DNA of 64,000 nt from an uncultured Acidobacteriota bacterium (lineage in GTDB: Bacteria; Acidobacteriota; Thermoanaerobaculia; Multivoradales; UBA5704): the NCBI GenBank assembly GCA_963770895.1, contig CAVYRF010000002.1, positions 2,528,001-2,592,000 on the forward strand, read 5' to 3'. Positions 37,162-46,999 of the stretch are shown here, piece by piece (position 1 is the stretch's first letter; every line of letters starts with the position of its first letter). The translations under genes were made by a program, and so were the position numbers. Under the pieces are notes generated by a model. It made no database searches, had not been told where the DNA came from, and saw only the letters and a program-made list of their open reading frames with translations.

Positions 37162-40100
37162 TTAGCCACTTGAGCCATCCGTCGAAGGTGCCAGCGGACA
37201 GCCGGGTAAGAACGGCAGTAGTATGCAAGGGCTAATAATCGGAAATAGCATTGGAGCAAAAGGATCTGGAGGTTCGATGCCGAGGGGCGCGTCTTGCGGA
37301 GTTGGCGCTGGGTGTGCCTCCGAATCTGGGACTTCATTGCCAACTTCATCCAACTTCCAGGATCTATTGCCATCGTTCAGGTCCCAGTGATCTTTGCCGA
37401 TTGCACGTCTGCCACCAGGATTGAATGGCCCCTTAGGCTCCTTGTGCCAGCTGCACTCGAGCTGAGTACCTGGGATTTTCCACTTTCCGCCACGCTTGTC
37501 TTGAGGATTGTTGATCCAACGCCAAGTCCCATTGGGCATCTGCGGCACCCCCTGCGGCTGGCCTTCAGGTGTTGTTGGTCCATAACCGGGGGGCAGCGGT
37601 GACGGTGGACCAGGCGGATGCGGTGTCCATCCGTCCGGATCGAATAGGTTGAGTGGGTCGTTTAAAGAATACGCATACAGATCGGAGCCAGCCGTTGCTG
37701 CGCCATCGCGGCTTTCCCAGCGGCCCAGATTGGGGTCGTAGGCGCGATATTTGGTCAGGTTGAGGCCGGAGGGCGAGTGGTAGTACTGGCCGGCGAAGCC
37801 GAAGCGGGGCGGGGTGCCCTGGTTGATGGTGAGGCGGCCCCAGGGGTCGTAGTCGTAGCGGCTGACGACGGTGCCGCTGGTGTTGGTGACTTCGCGGACG
37901 CTGCCCAGGTGGTCGTAGGAGAAGTAGTAGTAGCTGGGGCCGGACTGCATGCCGTTGGGGAAGAAGCGGGTCAGGATGTTTTCGTTGGGACAGGTGATGG
38001 TGTCGACGCCGGGGATGGCGGTGGCGGTGCCGCCGTAGTGCACGCTGATCGAATGGGCGGAGCCGGTATAGATCGAGAGTGTCGAGTAGGTGAAGCCGTG
38101 ATCGCCGTTGCCGATGCCGGCGTTGAGCAGGTCCTGGCGGAAGGTGCCGGCGGCGATGGTGGCAAGCAGGGTAGTGCCATCGTAGATGTCGACATCGATG
38201 GCATCGTTTGGTTCATTGGCATCCCAGGCCCAGCCGGCGATCTGGGTGCAGTCGGCGGCGTCCAGGTTGCCACCGAAGCTGGGGGCCGGGCAGGTGAGAT
38301 CGATGGTGCCGCCGATGGGGATGCTGGTGCCACCGATCTTGAGCGAAACGGTGTGCTGAGTGTTGGTCTTGAAGGCGACCGGGGTGTTGAAGAAGAATCC
38401 GTGGTTGCCGTTGCCGATGCCGGCGTTGAGCAGATCCTGGCGGAAGGTGTTGGCCTGCACGGCGGCGACCGGCGTGGTGCCGTCGTAAATGTCGACATTG
38501 ATCGGCGCATCGGGCTGGTTGGCGTCCCAGGCCCAGCCGGCGATCTGGTTGCAGTTGGCGGCGCCAAAGGAGCCGGAGAAGCTGGCCTGGGCGCAGGTCA
38601 GGGTCTGGGTGCCGAGCACAAAGGTGCTGCCGCTGGGAGTTACGGTGACGGTGTGCGCGGCGCCGGTCTTGAGCGATGCCGGGGTGTTGAAAAAGAAGCC
38701 GTGGTTGCCGTTGCCGGCGCCGGCGGCGCGCACGTCGGCGCGGAAGGCGCTGGCCAGGGTGGTGGCGGTCTTGGTCGAGCCGTCGTAGATGTCGACGTCG
38801 ATCGGCGCGTTGGGGGTGGCAGGGTTCCAGGCCCAGCCGACCAGCTGGTCGCAGTGGATGTAGTTGACCCCGCCCAGGGGCACCGGTCCGAGGCCGGGCG
38901 CGGTCGTGGCGTCGGTCTCTTCGGCGATCTGATCGCCGATCCAGATGTAGTGGCGACTGGTCTGCGCCACGCCGTTCAGCTTTTCGGTGATCTGCACCCG
39001 CCGGCCCAGGCCGTCGTAGGTGAACTCGCTGCGCTGGGTGCCGATGTTGATCGCGGTCAACCGGTTTTCGGCATCCCATTCGTAGGTGCGGGTGCCGTCC
39101 GACAGGACGTTGCCGTTGGCGTCGTACTGAAACGCCGCACCGCCGGCGGTGGTCACCACGGCGGTGGCCAGTGCCTGCACCTGCGGGTCGGCGTGGCTCG
39201 CGGCCGTGATGGTCACCGCGCCGTCGGTCGAAGGCGCGGTGAACAGACCGGTCGGGTCGATCGTGCCGGCCGAGGCCGACCAGGCGACCGTGGTGTCGGC
39301 GGCGCCGGTCACGGTGGCAGTGTACTGCTGCATCGCGCCGGCGGCCATGGGTACCTCGGCCGGCGTGATGCTCACCGATACAGCTGGAGCGGTGCTTACC
39401 GTGATCGTGACCACCCCCTGCACCGGACCTCCGGCGTCGGTCGCCTGGGCCACGACGTGGTAGACGCCCGGCGTCGCCGGGGCGGTGTAGACGCCGGAGC
39501 TGGAAACGATGCCTCCGCCGGCGCCCTCTTCGACGCTCCAGGCGACGGCCGGATTGATCACACCGCTGACCCGGGCGGTAAACGTCTGGCTGGCGCCCGG
39601 CGCCAGGCTGGCCGACGAGGGCAGCAGGATCAGGTCTTCGCCCACCGTGACGGTGCCATTGCCGGACTTGGTCGGATCGGCGGCCGAGGTGGCGGTGACA
39701 GTGTAGACACCTGGCGTTGCCGGAGCGGTGAACAGACCGTTGGCGGCGATCGCCGCCGGCGCCGGCCCGGCCACCGACCAGGTGACGGCCTGATTGGGGT
39801 GCGGCGCGGCGTTGACATCTTCGACCACCGCTGTGAATGGCTCCTGCTGACCGGAGTCGATCACCGACCGCGCCGGCGATACGGCGACGCCGGCGACCGG
39901 CATGGCGCTGTCGACCGCGACCTGTGCGGTGCCGGTAGCCGCCACCGGCCCACCGGCGGTCTGGGCGGTGACTGTATAGGTGCCGGGCGCAATCCCCGCC
40001 GGGATCTGCAACGCTCCGGCGGAAGAGACGGTACCGCCGGGCATATTGGTAGACCACTCCACCGCCTGCTGGCTGCCGGTGACGTCGGCCGCAAACTCGA

Positions 40101-40809
40101 CCGCGGAGCCGGGCGTGGCCACGACCATGTTCGGCGTGACCATCATCACGACCACGTTCACCGTTGCGACCGCCGGATTCAGGCCTTCGTTGACATCGTC
40201 GTCATTGGTTACATAGACATGGAACACGCCGCCTGGCTGGTTGACAAAGTGTTCGTATACGCCTGTCGGACCGTCTCCGAAGCCTCCGCTTCCGACGGCT
40301 TGCCCGTTGGGATCGTCGGTGAACCAGATGTAAGAAGGGTTGGTCGAATTGACCACGCTGGCGGTGAAGGTCACAGGCTGGATGCCGGCGACCGTCGCAC
40401 TGGTGGGCGAAATGGAGGTCGTCGGCGGCGCCGGGACCGTGATCGGAAAGGAAGCGGTGACCGAGTCGGCACCAGCGTACAAGACGAAATATCCCTGGGT
40501 CGTACCCGCGGTGACCGTAACCTTGTTGCCATTGGGTGCCAGCGTCAGACCGGTCGGCGGGACGACCGACCAGGTGATGGGGTCGAAGATGTCGTACACG
40601 TTCGCGGTATACACCTGCGATTCGGTCTGATCGAGGATTGATGGACCGCTGATGGTGATGCTGGGCGGCTGCGCCGCCAGACGCGGCCCAGCTGCCCAAA
40701 CCGCTCCAGCCGCCGCCAGCGCCATCAGCACACGACGCATCCGCGGCCACCGCCCACTCCGCCCGTTTCGGTCGCCGGCGCCGGCTGCCGCCAAGATCTC
40801 AGTTTTCAT
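37162..40809 (-). CDS. Secreted RHS protein chain B: signal peptide, Ig-like repeats, YD repeats, RHS core, C-terminal toxin
   Basis: RRVLMALAAAGAVWAAGPRLAA signal; Big_2-like repeats; YDANGN/YEWDAENRL/YDGLGRR; DHLGSVR, YDYDPWG, RAYDPNLGRW, NDPLNLFDPDG; AAGGAGG RBS. Confidence 0.9.
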   Translation of the reverse strand: MKTEILAAAGAGDRNGRSGRWPRMRRVLMALAAAGAVWAAGPRLAAQPPSITISGPSILDQTESQVYTANVYDIFDPITWSVVPPTGLTLAPNGNKVTVTAGTTQGYFVLYAGADSVTASFPITVPAPPTTSISPTSATVAGIQPVTFTASVVNSTNPSYIWFTDDPNGQAVGSGGFGDGPTGVYEHFVNQPGGVFHVYVTNDDDVNEGLNPAVATVNVVVMMVTPNMVVATPGSAVEFAADVTGSQQAVEWSTNMPGGTVSSAGALQIPAGIAPGTYTVTAQTAGGPVAATGTAQVAVDSAMPVAGVAVSPARSVIDSGQQEPFTAVVEDVNAAPHPNQAVTWSVAGPAPAAIAANGLFTAPATPGVYTVTATSAADPTKSGNGTVTVGEDLILLPSSASLAPGASQTFTARVSGVINPAVAWSVEEGAGGGIVSSSGVYTAPATPGVYHVVAQATDAGGPVQGVVTITVSTAPAVSVSITPAEVPMAAGAMQQYTATVTGAADTTVAWSASAGTIDPTGLFTAPSTDGAVTITAASHADPQVQALATAVVTTAGGAAFQYDANGNVLSDGTRTYEWDAENRLTAINIGTQRSEFTYDGLGRRVQITEKLNGVAQTSRHYIWIGDQIAEETDATTAPGLGPVPLGGVNYIHCDQLVGWAWNPATPNAPIDVDIYDGSTKTATTLASAFRADVRAAGAGNGNHGFFFNTPASLKTGAAHTVTVTPSGSTFVLGTQTLTCAQASFSGSFGAANCNQIAGWAWDANQPDAPINVDIYDGTTPVAAVQANTFRQDLLNAGIGNGNHGFFFNTPVAFKTNTQHTVSLKIGGTSIPIGGTIDLTCPAPSFGGNLDAADCTQIAGWAWDANEPNDAIDVDIYDGTTLLATIAAGTFRQDLLNAGIGNGDHGFTYSTLSIYTGSAHSISVHYGGTATAIPGVDTITCPNENILTRFFPNGMQSGPSYYYFSYDHLGSVREVTNTSGTVVSRYDYDPWGRLTINQGTPPRFGFAGQYYHSPSGLNLTKYRAYDPNLGRWESRDGAATAGSDLYAYSLNDPLNLFDPDGWTPHPPGPPSPLPPGYGPTTPEGQPQGVPQMPNGTWRWINNPQDKRGGKWKIPGTQLECSWHKEPKGPFNPGGRRAIGKDHWDLNDGNRSWKLDEVGNEVPDSEAHPAPTPQDAPLGIEPPDPFAPMLFPIISPCILLPFLPGCPLAPSTDGSSG
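37985..38875 (-). repeat. Three tandem ~90-aa beta-domain repeats inserted inside the RHS region
   Basis: C..(L/I).GWAW(N/D)..P..I.VDIYDG.T...FR.D...AG.GNG.HGF occurs three times with high DNA similarity. Confidence 0.85.
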
Positions 40810-43800
40810 GGCCGCCCTCCTTGACCGCGCCCGAGGGGGTCTTGGCAACGGTTCCATCCTGCGGAGGGCCCGGCTTCGCGGAGCGCACGCGCTCCATCTG
40901 CACCGCATTCTGCGCCTGCCAGGCCAGGCCGCTCTGCAGCGTGATCAGCTGGTTGGCTCCGTCGAAGGTCGCCGTCGACAGCGCGCCGTCGATGATCTCG
41001 CTGGTGCGGTTACCCGTGGCGTCGTAGGTGAAGGCGTTGTTGTGCAGCGTTGTCACCGGCGACTGCACCGGATCGGTCGTCTGCTGCCGTGCCAGCAGCT
41101 GCTGCGCTCCGTCGTAGGTGAAGTCGAAGAAGCGCCCGCCGGGGTTGTTGAGGTCGTGCCAGGTCAACCCCACGATCTGCTGGTGCGCCGGGTCGTACGA
41201 GTAGTTGAACTGCGACAGGTTGTAGCCGTTCGTCGTCGATCCCCAGGTGAGCTGCGACAGCCGGAAGTCGTGCGCCACATCCAGGTAGCTGTAGGTGGGC
41301 CCCTGTCCGTTGGGGTACGAAAGCGCCGTCATGCGGTTGGACGATCCGGCGTACGACGCGGTGAACCGGCCGAGCGGGCTGGTCATCGTCGCCAACCGGT
41401 CCTGGCTGTCGAAAGTGCGCGTCTGAGCGATCCCGTCGAGCGTCTGCCCGACCTGCCGCCCCAGCACGTCGTACTGATAGGTGATCGCATGGTTGGGCGC
41501 CGGCGCCGTTACGCTCGCAACTTGCCCAGCCCCCAGGACACCCCCGGGATTGTAGGTGTAGGTTGTCGTGCCGATCCCGTCGGTCATCGACAGAAGCCGC
41601 GGCAGGTTCAGGTCGTATTCGTACTGCACGCCCGGCGTCGGATGCACTGTGTTCTGATAGCTGGTCGCCGCAAGCAGATTGTCGATGGTGTATGCATAGT
41701 TGGTCACCTGGTTGAGTCCGTCGGTGCGGCGCACCAGGCGGCCGGCGCTGTCGAAGCTGTACTGTGCCACCGTCTGGCCGTTGACCTGCTTGCCCACCAC
41801 CCTGTTCAATCCGTCCAGCATCCAGGTCGTCAGGTTGCCGCGCGGATCGGCCACCTGCGACAGCGCTCCGCATCCGCACCACGAATAGGTCGTCGTACGC
41901 CCCAGCGGATCGGTGATCGACATCAGACGGTCCGCCGCATCGTAGGCGTAGGCCGTCACTCGCCCCAGGCGGTCCTGCGCCGCTACCACGTCCAGACGGT
42001 TGAACACCACCTGGTCGGCGGAACCGTCCGGGTAGGTGATCTCGATCAGACGGTCCAGGTTGTCGTAGCGGAAGCTCAGCGTGTAGCCGTCCGTCGAGGT
42101 CCAGGTGGCGAGCCGGTTGGCGCCGTCGTAGGTATAGCTCTCCTGATACTGAGTGCCGGCGACCGCCACATTGGTCAGAAAGCCCCGGCCGTCATAGGTG
42201 TAGTTGGTCGTCACGCCGTCCGGCCGCTTCGCCGAAGTGAGCTCGCCAAAGGCGTTGTAGGTCATCGTGTAGGTCTGCCCCGCATCGTCCGTGTAGGTCA
42301 GCGGCCGGTGGTTGCCGTTGTAGGTATAGCTCGCCACCGTCTCGTGCACAGCGTTGATCACCGTCGACACGTCGGCGTAGCTTGGCGGCGCGTAGATAAA
42401 TGTGGTCTTGCGCCCGGCCGGATCGTAGGTCCACTGCGGTCTGCCGGCACCGTCCAGCGTGGCGCTGTAGACCTGTTGCTGGCCATTGTCCAGCACCCGC
42501 GCCACTGTGCTTGGCGTCGACAGCGTCCCCTGGTAGCTGTCGGCCGTCTCCCCAGGATAGGAAAACCACAGCCGCCGCTCCCCCTGCGGCTGCATGAAGC
42601 CGGGAATCGACGACACCGCCGTTTCGCTCTCCGTCGCGTCACGCACCCAGTGGATCGTGTAGGTGGCGTTCAGATACCGGTTGGGATCCGACGGGTTGTA
42701 GCTCTGCATCGCCGTCTGGTTCCAATAGTAGGTATTGCGGTACGCCAGGTTCTCGTTGCCGAAGCCGGCGGGAATCGGCTCGGTGGTGGTTTCGGGGATG
42801 TTCTGCGCCTCGTGCGTGAACTCGATCCGCTCCGTACTGCCCAGCGGATCCGTCGCCACCAGCCAGCGGCTGTCGCCCAGATCCGTATTGACGCACGGAG
42901 GCGCCTCACCCATGCCGAAGCTCGTGGTGCCGTAGGGCGTCGTCATCGCGTTCATGAAGTCGGTCGGAACGCCGAACGCTCCCGTGCAGAGCGGACCCGG
43001 CGGCTCGGTCGCCAGCGGTCCGTAAGTGAACGACGAGGTCATCCCCACCGCATCCGTGATGCTCTGCAGCTCGCCGTTCGCATACTGGAACACCGCCTGC
43101 CGGCCAAACGGATCGGTCACCGCTGTCAATTTGTATGGATCGCCGGACAACCCATAGCTGAGCGTCGTCTGCTGCCCCACCGGATCGGTGATCGTTACCA
43201 GGCGCATCGATGCGTCATAGGTTAGGTTGACCGAGTTGCCATACGGATCGGTCGCCTGGGTCAGGAAGTATTTGCGCATCGTGGTCGCGCCGTCCGACTG
43301 GCCGTAGGTTTCGACTGCACCGTCCGGGTAGACGCGCTGGAACCCCGTCGTGTTCGGACCATTGAGGGTATCCTGCACAAGGCGCATCGCGGTCTCGTGC
43401 GAACCGCCGATGTTGGGACCGTACTCCCACCATAAAGTGGTCGACACCTGGCTCAGGATGTAAGAGCCGCCGCCGCGCTCCGCCACGCGGATCGTGCCGC
43501 CGGTCTGCAAGGGATTGTCGTCTTCGACGTAGGACAGCCAATCGAAGTTCCAGCGCGAACCCAGGTTGGTGAAGAGGAACGTCTGCGGCTGGAAGTCTTC
43601 GCGGCTGTTGTAGGTGATGCCGAACCGCATCGCCGGACCGACCGGCGGCGTGTAGCCCACCGGCTCGTCGGTGACGTTCAAGCTCACCGGCGCGGTGTGG
43701 AAGTTGTACACCGGCATGCCGGTGTTCGCGCCGCCGCACTGCCCCGGCTTCTTGGGGTCGGCCGGCGTGGTCGCCCCCGGATTGGGATTGGCTGCGGCTC

Positions 43801-44830
43801 CCTGGCCGTGCACCCCTGCCGCTTCGGCCTCCGCCACCTCCCTCCACCCCTGGCGCGGCACGCCCCCCGGCACCGCGGCCAGCAGGTAGCCCGACGACTC
43901 CTCTTCGACCGCTGCGCGGCTCAGCCAGTGATCGTCGCCAAAGGTCAGATCCTTGACCAGGAACCGGTCGCCCTGCTGCGCCACCACCGCCGCGAAGTGG
44001 TCGGCCTTCCAGTGCAGCACCGCGGGCACCGGAATTGGCGACCCCGGCTCGCGCTTGACCGCGTACAGGCCCAGTCCGGTCTGCCGCGCGAGCTTCACCA
44101 GCTCGCCCAGCGAGGTGCCGCGCTTCGTCGATCGGTACCGCAGCACCCGCGGATCGGGCGCCGCACCGGGATGCAGCACTTCCGCCACGCGCTCCACTGC
44201 CAGCGGCCCGCAGCGGAACGAGCTGCCCGGGTCGTGTCGCATCTCCCACAGGCTGGAGCGCGCCCCCAACACCATCTCGGCGACGTGACCGGAAAGCGGC
44301 CTGGTCGCCGCCACATCCAGCAGCGCCGCCAGCGCATCGGTGCGCCCCAACGAAGCATCGATCTCGATCTCGACCGCCAGAGCCGCGTCGGCGATCTTGC
44401 GCGCCGCAGGGTCGGTGGACGCCGCCGCGCGCCGCCACGCCGCGCTGGCCGCCGCCAGCGCCCGGTCCAGGTAGCCGGTGTGGCGGTAGAGCACCGCCAG
44501 GTCGGCCTCGAGAGACGGCGCCCAGGCCGAGCCCGGGTGCCGTTCCAGGAAACCGGTCAGCGGTTCGACCGCTTCGACGTCGGCCGCCGCCCGGTAGGCG
44601 CGGATCGCCGCGGCCAGCTCGCGCGTCTCGTCTGCCGCGGGCGCCCCCACCGCCACCAGCGGCTCCGCGAAGGTCCGCCCCTCTTCCGGGCGATCCAGCG
44701 CAGGAGGAGCACCGCCCGGTGCCGCCAAGACCATCGTATCGCCGGACGCCGCGGGCATCGCCCCCGCCGCGCCCGCCAGGAGAGTTGCCGGACCGACCAA
44801 CATCAGCATCACGCCGAGACGCAGATTCAT
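40799..44830 (-). CDS. Secreted RHS protein chain A: signal peptide, peptidase C39-like domain, RHS/YD repeats, no RHS core
   Basis: MNLRLGVMLMLVGPATLLAGAAGA signal; RCGPLAV, LHWKADHFAAV, VKD triad; many YD repeats (TDPYGN, YDASMRL, YDAADRL, YDVLGR). Confidence 0.88.
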   Translation of the reverse strand: MNLRLGVMLMLVGPATLLAGAAGAMPAASGDTMVLAAPGGAPPALDRPEEGRTFAEPLVAVGAPAADETRELAAAIRAYRAAADVEAVEPLTGFLERHPGSAWAPSLEADLAVLYRHTGYLDRALAAASAAWRRAAASTDPAARKIADAALAVEIEIDASLGRTDALAALLDVAATRPLSGHVAEMVLGARSSLWEMRHDPGSSFRCGPLAVERVAEVLHPGAAPDPRVLRYRSTKRGTSLGELVKLARQTGLGLYAVKREPGSPIPVPAVLHWKADHFAAVVAQQGDRFLVKDLTFGDDHWLSRAAVEEESSGYLLAAVPGGVPRQGWREVAEAEAAGVHGQGAAANPNPGATTPADPKKPGQCGGANTGMPVYNFHTAPVSLNVTDEPVGYTPPVGPAMRFGITYNSREDFQPQTFLFTNLGSRWNFDWLSYVEDDNPLQTGGTIRVAERGGGSYILSQVSTTLWWEYGPNIGGSHETAMRLVQDTLNGPNTTGFQRVYPDGAVETYGQSDGATTMRKYFLTQATDPYGNSVNLTYDASMRLVTITDPVGQQTTLSYGLSGDPYKLTAVTDPFGRQAVFQYANGELQSITDAVGMTSSFTYGPLATEPPGPLCTGAFGVPTDFMNAMTTPYGTTSFGMGEAPPCVNTDLGDSRWLVATDPLGSTERIEFTHEAQNIPETTTEPIPAGFGNENLAYRNTYYWNQTAMQSYNPSDPNRYLNATYTIHWVRDATESETAVSSIPGFMQPQGERRLWFSYPGETADSYQGTLSTPSTVARVLDNGQQQVYSATLDGAGRPQWTYDPAGRKTTFIYAPPSYADVSTVINAVHETVASYTYNGNHRPLTYTDDAGQTYTMTYNAFGELTSAKRPDGVTTNYTYDGRGFLTNVAVAGTQYQESYTYDGANRLATWTSTDGYTLSFRYDNLDRLIEITYPDGSADQVVFNRLDVVAAQDRLGRVTAYAYDAADRLMSITDPLGRTTTYSWCGCGALSQVADPRGNLTTWMLDGLNRVVGKQVNGQTVAQYSFDSAGRLVRRTDGLNQVTNYAYTIDNLLAATSYQNTVHPTPGVQYEYDLNLPRLLSMTDGIGTTTYTYNPGGVLGAGQVASVTAPAPNHAITYQYDVLGRQVGQTLDGIAQTRTFDSQDRLATMTSPLGRFTASYAGSSNRMTALSYPNGQGPTYSYLDVAHDFRLSQLTWGSTTNGYNLSQFNYSYDPAHQQIVGLTWHDLNNPGGRFFDFTYDGAQQLLARQQTTDPVQSPVTTLHNNAFTYDATGNRTSEIIDGALSTATFDGANQLITLQSGLAWQAQNAVQMERVRSAKPGPPQDGTVAKTPSGAVKEGGHEN

Positions 44831-45165
44831 GCCATGCTCCCTTCGAATGCGATCACAAACTCTTTGTGGGAGCGGCGCAAAAAGGCCCCGCTCCCATCGG
44901 CTCCGACTGCCCGATTCCGCTTCAGGCATGTATACGGGCGGTGAGTAAATAAGGTTACACGAATTTCTTGCAACGATGGGTAGCCGCGGCCCCTTGGCGG
45001 GCTCGCGGAGCCCGATAACAAAAAACGGCCGCCGCTGGCCTGGCGCTCCTGAAGCTTCTCGCGTTCGTGGTCGGGAGTGGTGTTTTCGATCTGGGCGCGG
45101 ATCTGCTGGACCCGGCCGGCGATCGCTTCACGCCGCTTGGCGTTCCCGGAGTTGGTGACAGGCCG

Positions 45166-46999
45166 CTAGCTGCGGCCGGCGCTCCACTGCGCGGTTTCGG
45201 CGGCGCAGACCTCGTCGAGGGGGCTGGGGACGGACAGCCAGTTGCCCTGGGCGTAGTCGACCCCCAGGGCGCGCAGGCGATCGACCGCGGCGCTGCCGGG
45301 CACCATCTCGGCGACGGTCTGGATGCCCATGACGTGGCTGACCTGGTTGATCGATTCCACCATGGCGCGGTCGAGCGGGTCGTTGACGATGTCCTTGACG
45401 AACTTGCCGTCGATCTTGAGGAAGCTGACCGGGATGTCGCGCAGGTAGGAGTACGACGACATGCCGGTGCCGAAGTCGTCCAGCGCGAAGCGCACGCCGA
45501 TCGCCGACAGGCCGCTGATCAGGCGCTCGGCCTGCTGCAGGTTTTCGATGGCGGCCGTTTCGGTGATCTCGAAGCAGATCTTTTCGGGCGGCACGCAGGC
45601 GGCGGCCAGCTCGTCTTCGATGTAGCCGAGCAGGCTTTCGTCCGACAGCGACACCGCGGACAGGTTGATCGAGCAGGTGTCGAGCGCCTGCAGGAACTGC
45701 GGCGGCTGGGCTGACAGGTTGCTGGCGCAGGTGTGGATCACCCAGCGATCGAACGCTGCGCATCAGGCCGTAGCGTTCGGCGGCGCGGATCAGCTCGCTC
45801 GGCAGGTGGACCCTGCCGTCCTCTTCGATCATGCGCAGCAGCACCTCGAAGAAGATGCCGCGCCCGGCGCCGGCGCCCAGCGGGTGGATGCGCTGGCAGA
45901 AGAGCCGGAAGCGGTCCTGCTCCAGGGTCTGGCGGATGCGCAGCACCCAGTTCATTTCGCCGTGGCGGCGGATGAAGGTGGCGTCGTCTTCCTGGTAGAC
46001 CTGGATGCGGTCGCGCCCCTTCTCCTTGGCCACGTAGCAGGCATGGTCGGCGGCGGACAGCAGGTGGGCGATCGACTTGAAATCGCGGGTGATCGGCACC
46101 AGGCCGATGCTCGCCGCGACGGCAAAGGATTTGTCCTGCCAGTTGAAGCGCAGCTGGCGCAGGGCGCGCTGGAGCTTGCGCACCTGCCCTTCGGCGGCCA
46201 GCAGCGAGGTGCGCGGCAGCAGCATGCCGAATTCGTCGCCGCCCAGGCGGGCCACCGGGCCGCTGTCGCGGATCACGTCCTGCAGCAGGGCGCCGACGCG
46301 GCGCAGCAGCTCGTCGCCGGCCAGGTGGCCGCAGGTGTCGTTGACCAGCTTGAACTGGTCCAGGTCCATATAGCAGAGGGCGTGGGTGGTGCCCTCGCGG
46401 GTGGTCTCCTCCAGGCAGCGCTGGAGGTGGCTGTCGAAGGCCTGGCGGTTGAACAGCCCGGTGGTTTCGTCGTGGCTGGCCTGGTGGGCCAGCTGCAGCG
46501 CCAGCAGGCGCTTGTCCGACACGTCCTGAAACACCAGCACGGCGCCGATGATGCACGCGTCGTGGTCGCGGATCGGCGAGCAGACGCTTTCGATGGCGTA
46601 GCGCCGCCCGTCGCGCCGTTCGAGCGTCAGCCGCTCCGCCAGGCGGACGCTCACCCCCTGCGCGACGGCGCGGCGCACCGCGTCGGCGGCGCTGGTGCCC
46701 TGGGCGGCGCCGCCGTCCGCTTCGCCTTCGGCCCCTTCCGCCAGGCGGAAGACTTCGTGCAGCGGGCGGCCGGCGGCCTCTTCGCGCGTCCAGCCGGTGA
46801 TCCTTTCCGCCACCGGGTTGAGGTACTTGACCACGCCGGACGGCGCGGTGGTCAGCACGCCGTCGCCGATCGAAGCCAGGGTCACCTGGGCCAGCTCCTT
46901 TTCGGCGTAGAGCTCGGCCATCTGCTCTTCGTAGGCGCGGGTGGTTTCGGCGAGCAGGCGGCGCACGATCGCCAGCTCCAGGTGGTCGGGCTGGCTCAT
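45166..46999 (-). pseudogene. PAS-GGDEF-EAL c-di-GMP enzyme with a +1 frameshift near 45752
   Basis: TLASIGDGV PAS, HDETTGLFNR, RLGGDEF, EVLLRM; EAL half (SINLS, FEITET, LDDFGTG, LKIDG, AQG) lies in another frame. Confidence 0.85.
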
